DNA of 64,000 nt, taken from positions 1 through 64,000 of the IMG/VR virus record IMGVR_UViG_3300044511_000090. One strand, written 5' to 3'. The notes beneath the pieces were generated by a model, which was not told the DNA's origin, searched no databases, and saw nothing but the letters and a program-made list of their open reading frames with translations. The stretch comes from a virus. Made by a program: the position numbers and the translations under genes. Below are positions 16,755 to 26,100 of this stretch, one piece after another (the first letter of the stretch is position 1; each line of letters starts with the position of its first letter).

Positions 16755-18232
16755 TCCTCTCAAAACAAGGCTTCCTTGACTGCATATCCGCCAATCCAGA
16801 AGAGGATGCGCCGTCGCTTGTCTACGCAGACTACCTTGAAGAAAAAGGCGACACTCAGGAATCTGAGGCGTTCAGACTCCTCGTGAGCGACCCGGAGATG
16901 TTTGGCATCAAGAACAGAACCAAGATCGATAAGCTGACAGACGTGGAGACGGCCAGATTCAAAACTTGGGTTGACTACTGGAAGGCAGTTGGATTATCGA
17001 CGAAGCCGATTGACAGGGCGAAAGCCAAAAAAGCCGTGTGCTTGGCATACCAAAAAGCTGGCATGAATCCCACGTCCTTGTTCATTTTCCTTGATTCTCC
17101 TCTTGGCGGCGCGATTGCGGCGAGATTGTTCAGCCAGCCACTACTGATTTCTACAGTTTTGGAGAATGTCGCCACTAAGGTTCGTAATCAGGTTTTTGGC
17201 AAGGTTGAGCAGCAGGTTGTGGGTCAGGTTGGGCAGCAGGTTAGGTATGATGTTATGAATCAGGTTTGGTTTAAGGTTGGTGAGCAGGTTTGTGATCAAG
17301 TTTGGGCCAAGGTTAATGCTCAGTCTGGCGATCAGGTTCGTGCCCATGTCCGTAATCAGGTCGGCGATCAGGCTTGGAATCAAGTTGTTGGACAGGTGCG
17401 TGATCAGGCTCGTGGCCGGGTTGGTTATGGGGCTGGGTCTCAGGCTTGGGATCAAATTTCCGATCAGGTTAGCGATCAGGTCTGGAAGGATGTCGGCGGG
17501 CAGGTTTGGAATCAGATTCGTGAGCAGGTGCTAGATCATGTTGGGCGTCAGGTTGATGATCAGATTTTTAATCAGATTAGCCAGCAGGTTTGGCCACAAG
17601 TTTCTCGTCAGGTTTCAAATCAGATTGCAACTAAGGTTGCTAAACAGGTTGGGCGTCAGGTGCTAGATCATATTGGGCTTCAGGTTGAGAAGCAGGCTGG
17701 TGATTGGGCTTGGGATAAGGTTGTTGATCAGCCTTGCGATCAGGTCTGGATTAGTGCTCGTGATCAGGTTAGCGATCAAGTATGGAGGCAGGTTGGCTAC
17801 AAGGTTCTGGATAAGGTCGGCGAGCAGGCTGGCGAGCAGCTTCGGGATGAGGTTAGGTATGGTGTTTTGAGTCAGGTTGAGAATGAGGTTTGGAATCAGG
17901 CTTGGAGTCAAGTTCTGAGCCGTGTTCGGTTTAATGTTGATGATCAGGCCGATGATCAGAACTGGACCGGCATTGGCAAATGCGGATATGGTAGCCACGA
18001 CGCCTCCTGGCTGTCGTTCTACAGCTACTTGTGGAAGCATGGGCTGGAGTGCTGCAACAAGCTGGAAGGGCTTTTCGAGGTCGCAAGAACGTGCGGCTGG
18101 TGGTGGCCATTCGAGAACGCCGTCATCATAACCGACCGGCCAACGAAAATCTGCTTCAATGATCGTGGCTATCTGCACGGCTCACCGGCCATCTTGTACA
18201 AAGACGGCTTCTGCGTGAACGCAAACAACTGA
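16751..18232 (+). CDS. TIGR02996 domain plus DUF6745-like protein with Gln/Val tetrapeptide repeats
   Basis: ANPEEDAPSLVYADYLEEKG; GSHDASWLSFY...CGWWWPFENAVIITDRP...LH..PA..Y.DGF. Confidence 0.8.
   Translation: MILSKQGFLDCISANPEEDAPSLVYADYLEEKGDTQESEAFRLLVSDPEMFGIKNRTKIDKLTDVETARFKTWVDYWKAVGLSTKPIDRAKAKKAVCLAYQKAGMNPTSLFIFLDSPLGGAIAARLFSQPLLISTVLENVATKVRNQVFGKVEQQVVGQVGQQVRYDVMNQVWFKVGEQVCDQVWAKVNAQSGDQVRAHVRNQVGDQAWNQVVGQVRDQARGRVGYGAGSQAWDQISDQVSDQVWKDVGGQVWNQIREQVLDHVGRQVDDQIFNQISQQVWPQVSRQVSNQIATKVAKQVGRQVLDHIGLQVEKQAGDWAWDKVVDQPCDQVWISARDQVSDQVWRQVGYKVLDKVGEQAGEQLRDEVRYGVLSQVENEVWNQAWSQVLSRVRFNVDDQADDQNWTGIGKCGYGSHDASWLSFYSYLWKHGLECCNKLEGLFEVARTCGWWWPFENAVIITDRPTKICFNDRGYLHGSPAILYKDGFCVNANN
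17160..17960 (+). repeat. Degenerate 12-nt-period coding repeat (nnn-CAG-GTT-nnn)
   Basis: Dozens of (gat)caggtt units, G/T-rich. Confidence 0.85.
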
Positions 18233-18262
18233 AAAAATCTCCTAGTACCAGTGAGGCAGGCA

Positions 18263-18859
18263 ATGAAAATCGACATCTGCAAGGCGTACCAAATGGTCAT
18301 GGACGCCGTTCTTCTGTTGAAGAACTCAGGCATCAAAACTGAAATCACAGACTCAAGAGGCCGTGCGAATCCGCCACAACAGTACGTCGGTGACGGCTTC
18401 CTCAGCGTCGATAAGTGGGTCCATGTATCGTTCACGTTTAACAACGAAGCAGAACGTCGGTCTGTGGCAGACTCCAAGCGAATGCTTGGCAAGTGGGGCA
18501 TCACGTTCGACAGTGGCGGCGCAGGGAACCAGAGAGACTGGGAAATAGACTGGTCGCTTCGTATCCAAGAAGACCCAGACAAACAACCACTCCAAGAAAC
18601 TGTCGAAGAAGTCCTACTAGAACTAGGCGATCAAAAAGAATCGCCAGACGCAATAATCCCTGTTTTCCCGACGCCAGCCAAAGTGTTTTTCGACGGCCTC
18701 CAGTTGTGCATGAAAAACGACCATGACTTGGCCAGATCGTGGCACGACAACATAGCCATGTGCGCACAAGACGAAGGAATGCCGCACGAGGCCGCGAATC
18801 GCGCGGCCGCAAGATTCATGAAACTCTGCTTCGGCGTTGACACCGGCAAGAAGTCCTAG
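18263..18859 (+). CDS. Hypothetical protein
   Basis: GITFDSGG....RDWEIDWS motif; long ORF. Confidence 0.6.
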   Translation: MKIDICKAYQMVMDAVLLLKNSGIKTEITDSRGRANPPQQYVGDGFLSVDKWVHVSFTFNNEAERRSVADSKRMLGKWGITFDSGGAGNQRDWEIDWSLRIQEDPDKQPLQETVEEVLLELGDQKESPDAIIPVFPTPAKVFFDGLQLCMKNDHDLARSWHDNIAMCAQDEGMPHEAANRAAARFMKLCFGVDTGKKS

Positions 18860-18868
18860 TCCTCGGCA

Positions 18869-19237
18869 ATGAAAGGCAAGCCAATGACAGAAATCCTAAA
18901 CGCCAGAATCAAGTCAACCAAACTCGGAATCCAAGAAGGACTTTTCACCGCATGGCTATCCTTTGAAGGCCGATCATGGGGATGCGTATTCGGCGGCATC
19001 TCATTCGACCGCTATTGCCCATACAAAGATGAAAGAGAGCCGGTTGCTATCGGCGCTAAGTGGATTGCGGCAGTCTTGAAAACACTTGGCGTCAATCTAT
19101 GGGAAGACCTCGACGGCAAATACTGCCGGGTCGAGATTGACAGCGAAGGCAATATAAAAAGAATCGGCCACATCATCGAAGACCAGTGGTTCGATCAGAC
19201 TTCCCTCTTAATTAACCAATTGCAAAAAACACCATGA
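18869..19237 (+). CDS. Conserved phage hypothetical protein
   Basis: NARIKSTKLG...FGG...GV..WEDL.GKYCRV...IGHII.D.WF. Confidence 0.7.
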   Translation: MKGKPMTEILNARIKSTKLGIQEGLFTAWLSFEGRSWGCVFGGISFDRYCPYKDEREPVAIGAKWIAAVLKTLGVNLWEDLDGKYCRVEIDSEGNIKRIGHIIEDQWFDQTSLLINQLQKTP

Positions 19238-19298
19238 GGCTAAAAGAAGTCCTGCCTCTAGTCAACAACGTCGGCATCAACCGCTGAGGATTTAACCA

Positions 19299-19526
19299 AT
19301 GGCCAAGCAAAAAGACTCCTTCGCCTCTCGGCTAAAACTGCTCATCAAAACTCGCGGCATCTCGCAACGAGAACTAGCCCGCAAGTCGGGCCTCGGCCAC
19401 GCGGACATCAACCAGTACGTCAATGGCCGCAAACTCCCATCAATCCCGTCGCTACTCAAAATCGCACAAGCACTAGAAGTCCTACCAGGAACCATGATCG
19501 ACAGACTGGGGGTGGGGTGGGCCTAG
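19299..19526 (+). CDS. Cro/C1-type HTH regulator
   Basis: RGISQRELARKSGLGHADINQYVNGRKLPS...LLKIAQALEV. Confidence 0.85.
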   Translation: MAKQKDSFASRLKLLIKTRGISQRELARKSGLGHADINQYVNGRKLPSIPSLLKIAQALEVLPGTMIDRLGVGWA

Positions 19527-19764
19527 TAGTCCCCTACCACGAAACACCCCACTTTCCGTAGTGTACACCAGTCCAGTATACCCCACCCCGCCACCCAGCC
19601 GGTGTACATATGTACACAAAAAAGGCATCTCAAATCGGCCCGAAAATGTACATCCGTACAGTATGTTCAATAACGATACATACGTTGTGCAATAACGATA
19701 CACTGTCGGCAAGCGCGCACGGTCGCTATTCTAATTCCCATTAGTCAAACAAGAATGATAGAAT

Positions 19765-19793
19765 CGTAAGTCTATATGCCATATAGACTTACG
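19765..19793. repeat. 29-bp palindrome CGTAAGTCTATATG-C-CATATAGACTTACG
   Basis: Perfect 14-bp arms with a 1-nt centre. Confidence 0.9.
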
Positions 19794-19820
19794 GCATTTT
19801 GCCGGAATTATTAGACGTTT

Positions 19821-19836
19821 TGGCATGGGTATTGCA
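19821..19836 (+). promoter_or_regulatory. Sigma54 (-24/-12)-like promoter
   Basis: TGGCATG-GGTA-TTGCA matches TGGCAYG-N4-TTGCW. Confidence 0.55.
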
Positions 19837-20010
19837 TTGTCTTTCCGTCAGAACGCATGGCACAATGCCCAGCGTTCACCGTCGCTGCCGGTTCACGGAG
19901 CGCGCAGTCCGGTCGAACGTTCGACCTAGTTTCGCACAATGTACGTAACATATGTACACTGCGATTCGATTGTGATACTGCGCGCTTCAAGTTGCAGCAT
20001 GGGGTTTATC

Positions 20011-20364
20011 ATGGCCAAGCTACTGGTTACCGAATTGTTCCCTACTGGAGCATCGACCGACACATTCAGCGTACACACGGACAAAGGGTTGTGCCCTGTG
20101 ACAATGCCAGCGTCTCATGCCGAAAGCGCAGAACAGCTGGCAGCTGAATATGACGGGCGCGATGGGAAGGCGTCTATCATCGTCAACGCTCCGGGTCTCA
20201 TGTTTGTGAAGGGCGATAAATGCTTTCGAGATGCCAAGCAACAGAAAACAGCCGGGAAACATGTCGGTTCGATGATAGCAAAGTATTTGCGCGATGTGTC
20301 TAAAGAGCGTCAATCGGCTGCCCAGAAAATGGTTGAAGGCATCGATGCCGTCAACGAACAGTAG
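20011..20364 (+). CDS. Hypothetical early protein
   Basis: GGGG SD; first ORF after the control region. Confidence 0.55.
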   Translation: MAKLLVTELFPTGASTDTFSVHTDKGLCPVTMPASHAESAEQLAAEYDGRDGKASIIVNAPGLMFVKGDKCFRDAKQQKTAGKHVGSMIAKYLRDVSKERQSAAQKMVEGIDAVNEQ

Positions 20365-20377
20365 GGAAAACATCGTC

Positions 20378-20410
20378 CAAACGCTGGGCATTTTGCCCAG
20401 CGTTTTTTTT
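20378..20410 (+). terminator. Intrinsic terminator-like hairpin (copy 1)
   Basis: AAACGCTGGGC-ATTTT-GCCCAGCG-T8. Confidence 0.75.
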
Positions 20411-20422
20411 GGAGTGTACACA

Positions 20423-20833
20423 ATGTCACGATACATTCGTACATGGCGGCGCTTTCACGATACTGTACGTGGACTAGTCAAGAGGAAATACGAGAGCGCT
20501 TTTGAGACTATACGCGCTACTGTACGTTTGTCTATACTGCCTCACGATCTGAGCAGTGTACGCGGGTTCACTGACATAATCAAGGCGTTCGGCATGTACT
20601 GTACAGAATTCCCTGTACAGGTTGAGAAAGACGAAAAAGGGCGAATAGCTTTTGCGTATTTCATTGTCGAAACCGTTCAACAGGGAATCGACGAGATGCG
20701 CAAAAAACCATACCTTGACGTTGACGAGCGCGAGCTGCGCGTTTCGATAATCGGCCAGGGCGCTTGTAATGCCGATGATGCCGCACGAGCGCAAAAGATG
20801 ATACGCAGGGAAAACCAGCTACGATACACGTAA
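20423..20833 (+). CDS. Hypothetical early protein
   Basis: GGAG SD at 20411. Confidence 0.55.
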   Translation: MSRYIRTWRRFHDTVRGLVKRKYESAFETIRATVRLSILPHDLSSVRGFTDIIKAFGMYCTEFPVQVEKDEKGRIAFAYFIVETVQQGIDEMRKKPYLDVDERELRVSIIGQGACNADDAARAQKMIRRENQLRYT

Positions 20834-20835
20834 TG

Positions 20836-20868
20836 CAAACGCTGGGCGTTTTGCCCAGCGTTTTTTTT
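20836..20868 (+). terminator. Intrinsic terminator-like hairpin (copy 2)
   Basis: Differs from copy 1 at a single loop base. Confidence 0.75.
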
Positions 20869-20914
20869 GCGCGCATTTTCTCGATTTCTCCCATCACCGT
20901 ATAGGAGTAGTACG

Positions 20915-21963
20915 ATGTTTCGCGTTTGGGCAGTAGTTGATACTGCCTCTTTTGCCGTTGCGCTTTTCCCGTTTTCGATGCAGGACGAGGCCAACGGTCT
21001 GGCGTCTTTTATCGGCAAGGGGCACTACGTCGTGCCTCACAATGTTGAGGCACGACTAGATGAGCCGGTCGAATGCGAGAAGCTGGACTTGCGGCCATAC
21101 ATCCTTAGACGTAGTGATTTCACTAGGTCTAAGAGTGCATTCGGCAGGGTTGACATCAACCGGAAGAAACTGCGTCAGGCATGGAAGCAAGGGATCAACG
21201 CCGCCACTGAGCTGGCTGTTGAGATGAATACTCACAAGCGAGCAGAAGTACATCCGGCGTCGATTCGCCGCTCGTGCTTCGATGAGCCAACGATCACGGG
21301 CCTCCACTACCAGCATTATGCCTACAACCTTCACCCGTTCCCTATCGTCATCCGTGAGCAATACGCTTTCTGCGGCGATTGCATCTAGCCGCCATATTGG
21401 GAGTAGTAACATGATCACCGCTTGCATTGCTTTGTTTCCCGAATTTTCTCCACTTTGCGCCATCAGGGCCGCGAGGGATTGCGGTCTCATAACAAAGGAC
21501 GAATACAGCGAGTTCATGACATCCTACGCAGATGGAGATTTTGCCGAAGTGTGCGCACGTTGCGGCACATACTTCTCGATGCTCAACCAGCCGCAACTGT
21601 GCAACAGGTGCAGAAGGGTTTGATCTAGGAGCAGTACGATGAAATTGGAATTCATTACCGTTGTGCGACCGCATAAGCGGTCTTACAAGTGGGAAGTTTT
21701 TTGCAGCGATGGCCGCAGTTTGTTCGGCTACGGCACTGAAAAGACTTGCCACATCCGATGCGAGCAAGCAATTGCCTTGCTTTTGTCCAAGGAGTAGTAC
21801 GATGCCATTCCAGTTAGAAGTTTCGGCCATTCGCATCGAGCGCCTTCGCCGGGCGCAAGTAGGAGTACGGGCATTGCCGCGCCCGTGCAATCGGCCTCTG
21901 CTGAGGCCGAACCCTAAGCCGAAAGCGGCTATCATTTCTACTTTGTTCAAGAAAGTAGGATAG
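20915..21963 (+). other. Four small genes (starts 20915, 21411, 21639, 21802) sharing a RGGAGYAGTAMSATG start motif
   Basis: Motif at 20903, 21399, 21627, 21790. Confidence 0.65.
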
Positions 21964-21965
21964 CA

Positions 21966-22766
21966 ATGAAGATCAAAGACCTTGCATGGGAATTACATCC
22001 AGTCGCCATTGGTGGATACGTGTCTGTAGTAAACTTCCAGAACGGGTACGGAGCAAGCGTTTTGAAAGGCGGGCGGGGGTTGTATACCAAAAACCGCACA
22101 TACGAAATAGGTGTGCTCCACAACGGCGAACTGGATTACGACAATCCAGTTACTCCCGTCGATGTTCTCGGATTCTTGACCGAAAAAGAGGCCGACAAAG
22201 TGTTGGCGGCAATTGAAGCATTGCCGCCGAAAGAGGGGATGAGCAGGTTCATTAAAAGAATCTGCGAAAACCCGAAAGACGACTTCGCCTTCTTGGTTTA
22301 TGCGGAATGGCTTGAGGACAACGGGAAAGAGGCGGAAGCCTTAGAAATAAGGCGAAACATCGGACGAGAAACGGAGTTCTGCGAAGACAGATTCTCGCCA
22401 AGCAGAAATATTAGCGAAATACTTGGCAAGACAATTGTTTCGATTGACGGTAAGAGGGGCGACAAGGAAATCGAGATAAGGCTGCTCACCGGCGAAATAT
22501 ACATGCTCCAGCACTTTCAAGATTGCTGCGAGCACGTCTACGTCGAAGACATAGCCGGGAATTTTGAAGATTTGATTGGCCGGGTGGTAACAATGGCGGA
22601 AGAAAGTTCAAACCGCGAATTGCCCACAGATATGTACGGCTACAGCGACTCGCAAACCTGGACATTCTATCGTCTTGCATCCGTGAGGGGATATGTGACG
22701 ATCAGATTCCTTGGAACATCCAACGGTTATTATTCGGAGCGGGTATCATTCACAAGGACTCGATAA
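21966..22766 (+). CDS. Three-part fusion with internal TIGR02996 domain
   Basis: NGYGASV..YEIGVL; ICENPKDDFAFLVYAEWLEDNG; HFQDCCEHV.VED...WTFY...G.SNGYYSE. Confidence 0.7.
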   Translation: MKIKDLAWELHPVAIGGYVSVVNFQNGYGASVLKGGRGLYTKNRTYEIGVLHNGELDYDNPVTPVDVLGFLTEKEADKVLAAIEALPPKEGMSRFIKRICENPKDDFAFLVYAEWLEDNGKEAEALEIRRNIGRETEFCEDRFSPSRNISEILGKTIVSIDGKRGDKEIEIRLLTGEIYMLQHFQDCCEHVYVEDIAGNFEDLIGRVVTMAEESSNRELPTDMYGYSDSQTWTFYRLASVRGYVTIRFLGTSNGYYSERVSFTRTR

Positions 22767-22905
22767 CGAGGTCTTTGCCGATCATGGGTCGAGCGTCGTT
22801 TTTACCCCTTTGTTTTTTGCCCGATGGCGGGCAGGAGGTTATCATGAAGTAACTTTTCCATGCCATCTATACTCGCCGCTAGGAGTAGCGTCCCTAGCGG
22901 CCAAT

Positions 22906-22974
22906 GGGCTTCCCGCATGGCGCGGACTTGCCGCTTGCAACGGCGATGATTGGGTTCGATTCCCTGGGGGTCCA
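22906..22974 (+). tRNA. Atypical tRNA-Ala(TGC)-like gene
   Basis: GGGCTTC/GGGGTCC acceptor with G3.U70, CTTGCAA anticodon loop, TTCGATT T-loop; shortened D region; no CCA. Confidence 0.55.
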
Positions 22975-23145
22975 CTAGCGATTGGGCCGGGATGCGAAAG
23001 CAAGTGAACGACTATCGGCCATTGGCCGTAAACAATCGCGGCAGCAGCAACCGGGTATTGCCTTTGCCGATGATCGGCGCGTACGAGCCGTGAAGCGGCA
23101 ACTGCCGGTGCTGCTGTCTTTTCAAACACAATTCGAGGAGCGTCA

Positions 23146-26100
23146 ATGCTGAGACAAACTAAACAGTACGCCGTCGTGATCGCTGGAAAGGATGATTACT
23201 TCGGGGAAATTGACACAAGCAGTCGGATGGTCAATCACGACATTGCCCGCTTGTGTGAGGAAGCGGTACGGAAGCATGGATTCACTTCACCACGAAAGAC
23301 TCCGACTCCGGTAGCTTGCGAAGTATTCGCCTTGGAAATCAAGGCTGGCAAGTTGGAACGTAGGAGAGTAGGGCTCAAGAGCATCATGCCGCCGTTGGAA
23401 CAAATGACGAGCGATGAATATCATCAGGAACTCTCCGAAATTCTCGAATCGTTGCCAGTAGAGTTTCGGAGCTACGTCAGTGGCGCAGCGTGGGATAGCG
23501 GTCATAGCGCCGGGCATGAGGAAGTCATCGGAATCGCACGGGGTATGGCCTTAAACCTGCGGCCATGCATCGAGCAATACACCAAACGACTCAAGTATCA
23601 AACACAAAAGGAGATAAAGTGGAAATCGAAAAATTCATCGAGCGTCTTATGAGTTGTGACAAGATCGATTACGAAACTCAGTCAACGAAAGACGGCTGCA
23701 CCGTGCGCAGAATGTTCTACTCAAGCGACAGATACATTGTTGATTATGCCGAAGATTTCAAAAGCGAAGGGTGGCTACAATTCGACACCGATCAGGATGC
23801 CTCTTATTTCGGATTCTGGGTCAATCCGAAAAAGTTCATGACTCTCTCGTACTGTGAGGGCGATTGGACTCTTGTTGAGTGCCACAGCCGGGAAAATTAT
23901 GTGGAAGCAATCAAGAGAGCAATCGACTTCTACGGCGAGGGATTCGTTGCCAAATCAATTGACATGGACGGGACTGTGACGGTCTACAGACAAAATCGAT
24001 CAGAATTCCTGGAGGTCTGATATGGCCAAGAACGCACGGTTTTGGGTATGGCATGGCGAGGGCTACGTCAAGTTGACGCTGAAGCCGGGCCAGTCGCTTT
24101 CGGTTTCCAGAGGAGGCCCAACCGATGAGGGATATTACTACAGAAGCACCACTTGGACCCATGAGGGCGAAACGGTAGAGAGAGCAGATTACTCCGAAGC
24201 GAGTGATTGCGATGGACGACTCGATTCACATTGTACTTGCGTTTGTCCAATTGAGAAACTGCGCGAGCCGTCAGACATTTCTGTTCCGTTACCTGAATGG
24301 GAACGGGTAAATGCCGGTCAGCGCGATTACGCTGCGGAAGCAGCAGGATACTAACATGAAACGGATTCGTGGAATGTGCTGGTGTTGTTCGACACCGGCC
24401 AAGGTGAGACTGCGCAAATTCTGGACGAGCGGCCTACTTCGATACCTGTGCAGGGTATGCGAGAGGTCGCTTCCTCTTTGCAAGGAGCGTAAATGACTGC
24501 CGTTGAAATTGCAAAACACTACGCCAAGAACAATCCTGGCATCCGATTCGCTGCCTCCAAATGTGGGTCGGCAGTCGGCATCTACGTCCCAGAAAAAGGG
24601 CGATTCGTCGAGTTCGTAATGAAGACCATATCGCCCACTGTGCCTTGGGTCAACTTGATGGACGAAAGCGGGTCCATCAGGACTACGACTTGCAACGGGA
24701 AGCCGCTTTACAATCCAGAAGACTGGGAGGAATGCAATGGTTGAGCCCAAATTCAGATACGCGCCAGTCCGCCGCACTTCTGACTCAGGCAAAGAATGGA
24801 TTGATTTAGGAGACATGGCGATTAACCCACATGAGGCCATGAATAAAGCGGAGGCTACCAACAAAATGCTCGCCCCTAATTGGGATGCCGTCCATCCAGT
24901 AGTTCGCATTGCCAGAGTGAAGATTGAGGAGGTTGCCGATGGATGACTTCGACGCCAAAGAATCTGCAGACCATTGCCTGAATCCTGTCGCCAGATTCTC
25001 CGATCTTTCACCAGGAGAACGATTTAGATTCCCTGGCCAGAAGGTAATCCTTCTCCGAACCAAAACCGGCTACAAGTATTTGGACAACCGTGCCAAACGC
25101 ACATTCAGAACTGGGGCGAAGACTGCTGTTATTCCTGTCCAATTCGAGGGCCAAACATGATTGAGCACAGCATTTGGGAACCGGAGTACAGGGACGGAGT
25201 TAAAACCGGCTACTCCAAATTAGTCCGCATGAAGCGGCTCAAAGAAGTCTTTGACGAACTGTACGCCGAACTTGACGTTCTTATTTGCGACAAGTGCGGC
25301 CATGAGCGGAAGCGGAGGAATTCTTCGGCTGGGACTGACTATGGTGGCGACAAGTGCAAGAAGTGTGGCGAAGGCGAGTACGACGGGCTTATTGACGAAT
25401 ACTTCAGCGGGCCAGATTCGGACATAAAGACAGTGCCGAAGAACTTCCGATGGATTGCCTGCTATGCCGTCACTGGAGGTAATGAAGGACATTATGTCCA
25501 TATCGGGTATCTGTCCGAAGTGGACAAGATCAAGATTCCAGACCCGGCAGACCAGACTGGATGGGGCGCGGCAAAGGATGTCTATCCTTGCCGTGACCAC
25601 AACTTGCTTCATTACGTCCGCCTTGCACTAGGCAAGACATTCCGTGGCATGGGACACGCGCAGGAAATTGCCAACCGTTGTGCGCGGCTTCTAGGAGCGT
25701 GATATGACACTATCTGAACTTACAAACGATCCGAAAGCGATGTCGAAGTTCATGGGCTGGGAATGGGAAGGATCAACAATCACATATTCGCATACACGCA
25801 CAGTTTACGAGTTGAGCGCTGAAGAGATTTTTGCCCAGCGGTGGAGCACGTACATCGAGTCGATCAAAAAACCGGCCAAGGCGCAAACGCATTTGCAAAT
25901 GCGCCACGAGTGCCTAGTGAAAGGGTTGGGGCTGAAAGGCAAGCCATCTGTTGCCTCTGTTGCAGAGCGGATCAAGAAGGCGATTGAAACTCGGCCAGAC
26001 CTGTACTCAGAATTCGAGGCTAAGAAATGACACTGCAAAGATATAGCGACGTTCGATGCCACGAATGCGGCCAAGGCTTGACCTTCATAGAGGTTGCATT

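Noticed and set aside
17160-17960. CRISPR array or DGR variable region in the caggtt repeats
   Set aside because: No constant repeat/unique spacer pattern, no reverse transcriptase, no TR/VR pair; it is an in-frame coding repeat
17141-18178. Antisense ORFs (17141-17455, 17663-18178) over the repeat
   Set aside because: Open frames are a by-product of the low-complexity repeat; no SD or motifs
23065-23100. Hammerhead ribozyme (CCGATGA...GAAG)
   Set aside because: Core deviates from CUGANGA/GAAA and stems I and III are not supported
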